Origin: a virus
Direction: 5' to 3' (one strand)
Virus record (IMG/VR): IMGVR_UViG_3300042691_030495
Length of the DNA: 64,000 nt
A program made the translations under genes and the position numbers. Every line of letters starts with the position of its first letter. Position 1 is the first letter of the stretch. The notes under the pieces were generated by a model. The model saw only the letters and a program-made list of their open reading frames with translations, was not told the DNA's origin and made no database searches. This document shows positions 61,486 to 64,000 of this stretch, piece by piece.

Positions 61486-62100
61486 ATGGCAATTACGCCA
61501 GTAATGACAAGTCCAACGATTGTAGGGAAAGCTCTCTACTTGGAACTTGTAAACAATCCAGACGCACCAGAGGGTTCGATTGGTATGTGGCACAAGGACG
61601 CTGTAAAGCAAGTAATCATAATGCCACAACACTTGGACGAAGTTGGTATCGCACAACCAGTTCAGATTTGGGACAGAGTTCTTTCCAAGCACTCTCCAAG
61701 AAGCCAATGGGACGCTAACAGATTTGGCTCTGGCAGATTGGTAAAGAAGTTGGACGAATCCAAACTCGAAGCTGAAACTGGTTATCACATTTCTTACTCA
61801 AGCTACTCGAGTGATGAACTAGCAAGTATGTCGCCAGTTGATAAGCACAACGCAACCATTTACACAATTACTGAAAAGATGAAAAGCTACTTGCTCGACA
61901 ACTATTCCGTGAAAGATGAAAATGGAGAATCTACAATGGTCGCTACCCAGACTTGGGTGGTCAGAGATTCCAAGCCACTTGCTATCGAAATGACTAACGA
62001 GGAACTTGACTTAGCTCGCTCTGGCAAAACACCTCAAGCTGTTATCCGCAGAATCCAAAAGGCAAGATTGTCTGCTGGCTTCCCAGAAAAAATCGTCTAA
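61486..62100 (+). CDS. Hypothetical (early) protein
   Basis: Start set by the GAAAGGG SD and ATCAAAATG. Confidence 0.7.
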   Translation: MAITPVMTSPTIVGKALYLELVNNPDAPEGSIGMWHKDAVKQVIIMPQHLDEVGIAQPVQIWDRVLSKHSPRSQWDANRFGSGRLVKKLDESKLEAETGYHISYSSYSSDELASMSPVDKHNATIYTITEKMKSYLLDNYSVKDENGESTMVATQTWVVRDSKPLAIEMTNEELDLARSGKTPQAVIRRIQKARLSAGFPEKIV

Positions 62101-62127
62101 GACAGAAAACGAAAGGACACAATCAAA

Positions 62128-63180
62128 ATGTATCTACAACGAGAAATCGCAAAAGGCACTTACAATCTCAATGGTGTATCAGACATAGACACACTATTCA
62201 GCGAGATTGTTGGAAACGCTGTATTACACACAACAACCCCAACACTTGATTCACTTGTTGGAGTTGGTGGTCGTGCCACGCTAAGGGCAAAGCCAACTGC
62301 TAAGGGTGCTAAAGTTGTATCTGAAACTACAACCCCAGAAACTCCAACAGATTTGGAAATTGTAATGGAAACGACTGAATCACTTTCGGGAGAGGAATCT
62401 TATTCTCGACCAAATGGTGAGGACTACTACGCTCGCAACTGGGGAGAACACACAGACATAGAAGTTCTACGCAAAGCGAGAAAAGCCAACCAGTTTGTAA
62501 TGCTGTATGGAAGTCCAGGAACAGGAAAGACTGCTTGTGTCGAAGCCGCTTTCCCAGACGAACTTTATACAGTTCTTGGTTCGGGCGATACCGAAGTCGC
62601 TGACTTGGTAGGTGGCTATGTCCAAACTCCGAGTGGTGGATTCGAGTGGGTGGACGGAAGTTTAGTCAAAGCCGCTTCCGAGGGCAAAGTTCTACTGATT
62701 GACGAAATTGGTCTGATTGACCCGAAAGTTCTTTCGGTTGTCTATGGACTAATGGACGGCAGAAAAGAAATCACAATCACACAGAATCCAGAGCGAGGCA
62801 CAGTAAAAGCTAAGGACGGATTTTTTGTAGTTGCGGCTACTAATCCAAATGCGGCAGGGGTGCGATTGAGTGAAGCCTTGCTTTCTCGATTTGTTATCCA
62901 AGCTGAAATGACTACTGACTGGTCGCTCGCTAGAAAACTTGGCGTTCCGAATCCTGCCGTAGTTGCTTCACAGAACTTGTCAAAGAAATTGGAAAGTGGT
63001 GAAACTTCTTGGTCGCCTCAAATGCGAGAGCTACTTGCCTTTAGAGATTTGAGCAAGTCGTTTGGAACTAAGTGGGCGATTGAGAATCTACTTGCTTCCG
63101 CACCAGAGATTGACAGACCAGTTGTCCAAGATGTGTTCACTCGAGTATTCGGACAGTCTATCTTGCCAGCAAAGATTTAG
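62128..63180 (+). CDS. MoxR/CobS-like AAA+ ATPase
   Basis: GSPGTGKT, LLIDEIG, F.VVAATNP, LSEALLSRF. Confidence 0.88.
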   Translation: MYLQREIAKGTYNLNGVSDIDTLFSEIVGNAVLHTTTPTLDSLVGVGGRATLRAKPTAKGAKVVSETTTPETPTDLEIVMETTESLSGEESYSRPNGEDYYARNWGEHTDIEVLRKARKANQFVMLYGSPGTGKTACVEAAFPDELYTVLGSGDTEVADLVGGYVQTPSGGFEWVDGSLVKAASEGKVLLIDEIGLIDPKVLSVVYGLMDGRKEITITQNPERGTVKAKDGFFVVAATNPNAAGVRLSEALLSRFVIQAEMTTDWSLARKLGVPNPAVVASQNLSKKLESGETSWSPQMRELLAFRDLSKSFGTKWAIENLLASAPEIDRPVVQDVFTRVFGQSILPAKI

Positions 63181-63316
63181 AGCTAGTGTCCTTGCTCTAA
63201 ACCGAAAGGGGTGGACGCAAGTGATCGTGGAGATAATTCCTAATCGCTTGCGTTCACTCCCAAAGGGAACTACACTTAGGACATAACTAAAAATGCCAAC
63301 GAAAGGGAAAATCAAA

Positions 63317-64000
63317 ATGGCACATTACGGACACAGTAAGAAGTCAAGACTTCGCACCAGAGATAAGAGTTCCAAACCAGAGTGGCTTCGCACTTGCTCG
63401 GAGATTGGATTGGTTGCTAACAACTGGGCGATTCGCTCTGACCTAGTTGTTTACGCAGGGGACGATTCGGCAGAGGGCAAAGCGATTGCCGCTTACTACT
63501 CGGACATTTCAGAAATCGAAGTGGACATAGCACAAGCGTTCGGGAGTGCGACTACTCCTGAAATGGTTGGCAACTTTACTCAAAGGGCAACACAATTCGA
63601 GTTCCCAAATGCGACAGGCGTGATTTATCACGAAGCACTACACGCTCGCTTTACTGCTTGGGACACGAACTATCTGGCAAGTCTGCTCGACCCAAATGAG
63701 CAAAAAGCATTTATGTTGCTCGAGGAATCTCGAATCGAAAAGCGTGGAGTAATTGAGCGACCAGAGAATCGTTTATTCTTACGCTCGTCTGCTTTACACT
63801 TGGCACTCGAGGACGCTGACCCTGAAACACTTTCCGCTATGGGAGATGTTTGGCAGGGTGCGTTTGTGTCTGCCCTATCGCTCGCTCGTTATGACGCAGG
63901 AGTTTTGGACGCTGATGATGTGGCAGAGCTTTACACTTCACTCACTTCGATTCTTGGTATGGAACTTTACAGAGAGCTACGAAAGATTTGGGTGGAGTTC
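63317..64000 (+). CDS. CobT-like/VWA partner protein, N-terminal HEXXH domain; truncated by the window
   Basis: Not in the ORF track. MAHYGHSKK...GVIYHEALHARFT...LLEESRIE; follows the MoxR ATPase. Confidence 0.75.
   Translation, partial: MAHYGHSKKSRLRTRDKSSKPEWLRTCSEIGLVANNWAIRSDLVVYAGDDSAEGKAIAAYYSDISEIEVDIAQAFGSATTPEMVGNFTQRATQFEFPNATGVIYHEALHARFTAWDTNYLASLLDPNEQKAFMLLEESRIEKRGVIERPENRLFLRSSALHLALEDADPETLSAMGDVWQGAFVSALSLARYDAGVLDADDVAELYTSLTSILGMELYRELRKIWVEF

Overview
This is a 64-kb segment of a large tailed dsDNA phage of Actinobacteria, probably infecting a freshwater Microbacteriaceae-type host (inferred from WhiB, DUF3039, DUF6421, class Ib nrdHIEF and pervasive leaderless genes). 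1-20 kb, minus strand: tail-fibre/collagen-like virion genes. Embedded in them is an Fn3 protein with a ~55-aa Pro/Phe repeat tail, followed directly by five prolyl-4-hydroxylase-like 2OG-Fe(II) oxygenases and two DUF6065-like genes. 20-52 kb: nucleotide metabolism (nrdHIEF, dut, thyX), whiB, three tRNAs, six more 2OG oxygenases, a GT60 (hydroxyproline-GlcNAc-transferase-like) enzyme, three GT61s, a kinase-like protein, a nucleotidyltransferase, a glutathione peroxidase, lysins and many small ORFs. 53-64 kb: an AT-rich origin-like region of inverted repeat arrays, a multi-hairpin ncRNA candidate, a terminase-small-subunit-like gene, and a 5-kb zone with about 15 copies of an AACTTTTAACGAA motif and dense GATC sites. 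From about 61.4 kb an early-looking operon (MoxR/CobS AAA+ and a CobT-like partner) is almost free of palindromic 4-mers. Best candidates for new biology: (1) a phage proline-hydroxylation/O-glycosylation system acting on a Pro-Phe virion tail and on fibres; (2) a genome-end architecture with a motif/GATC-rich packaging side next to a restriction-site-purged first-entry side. All family assignments come from motif recognition by eye, and all counts are manual.
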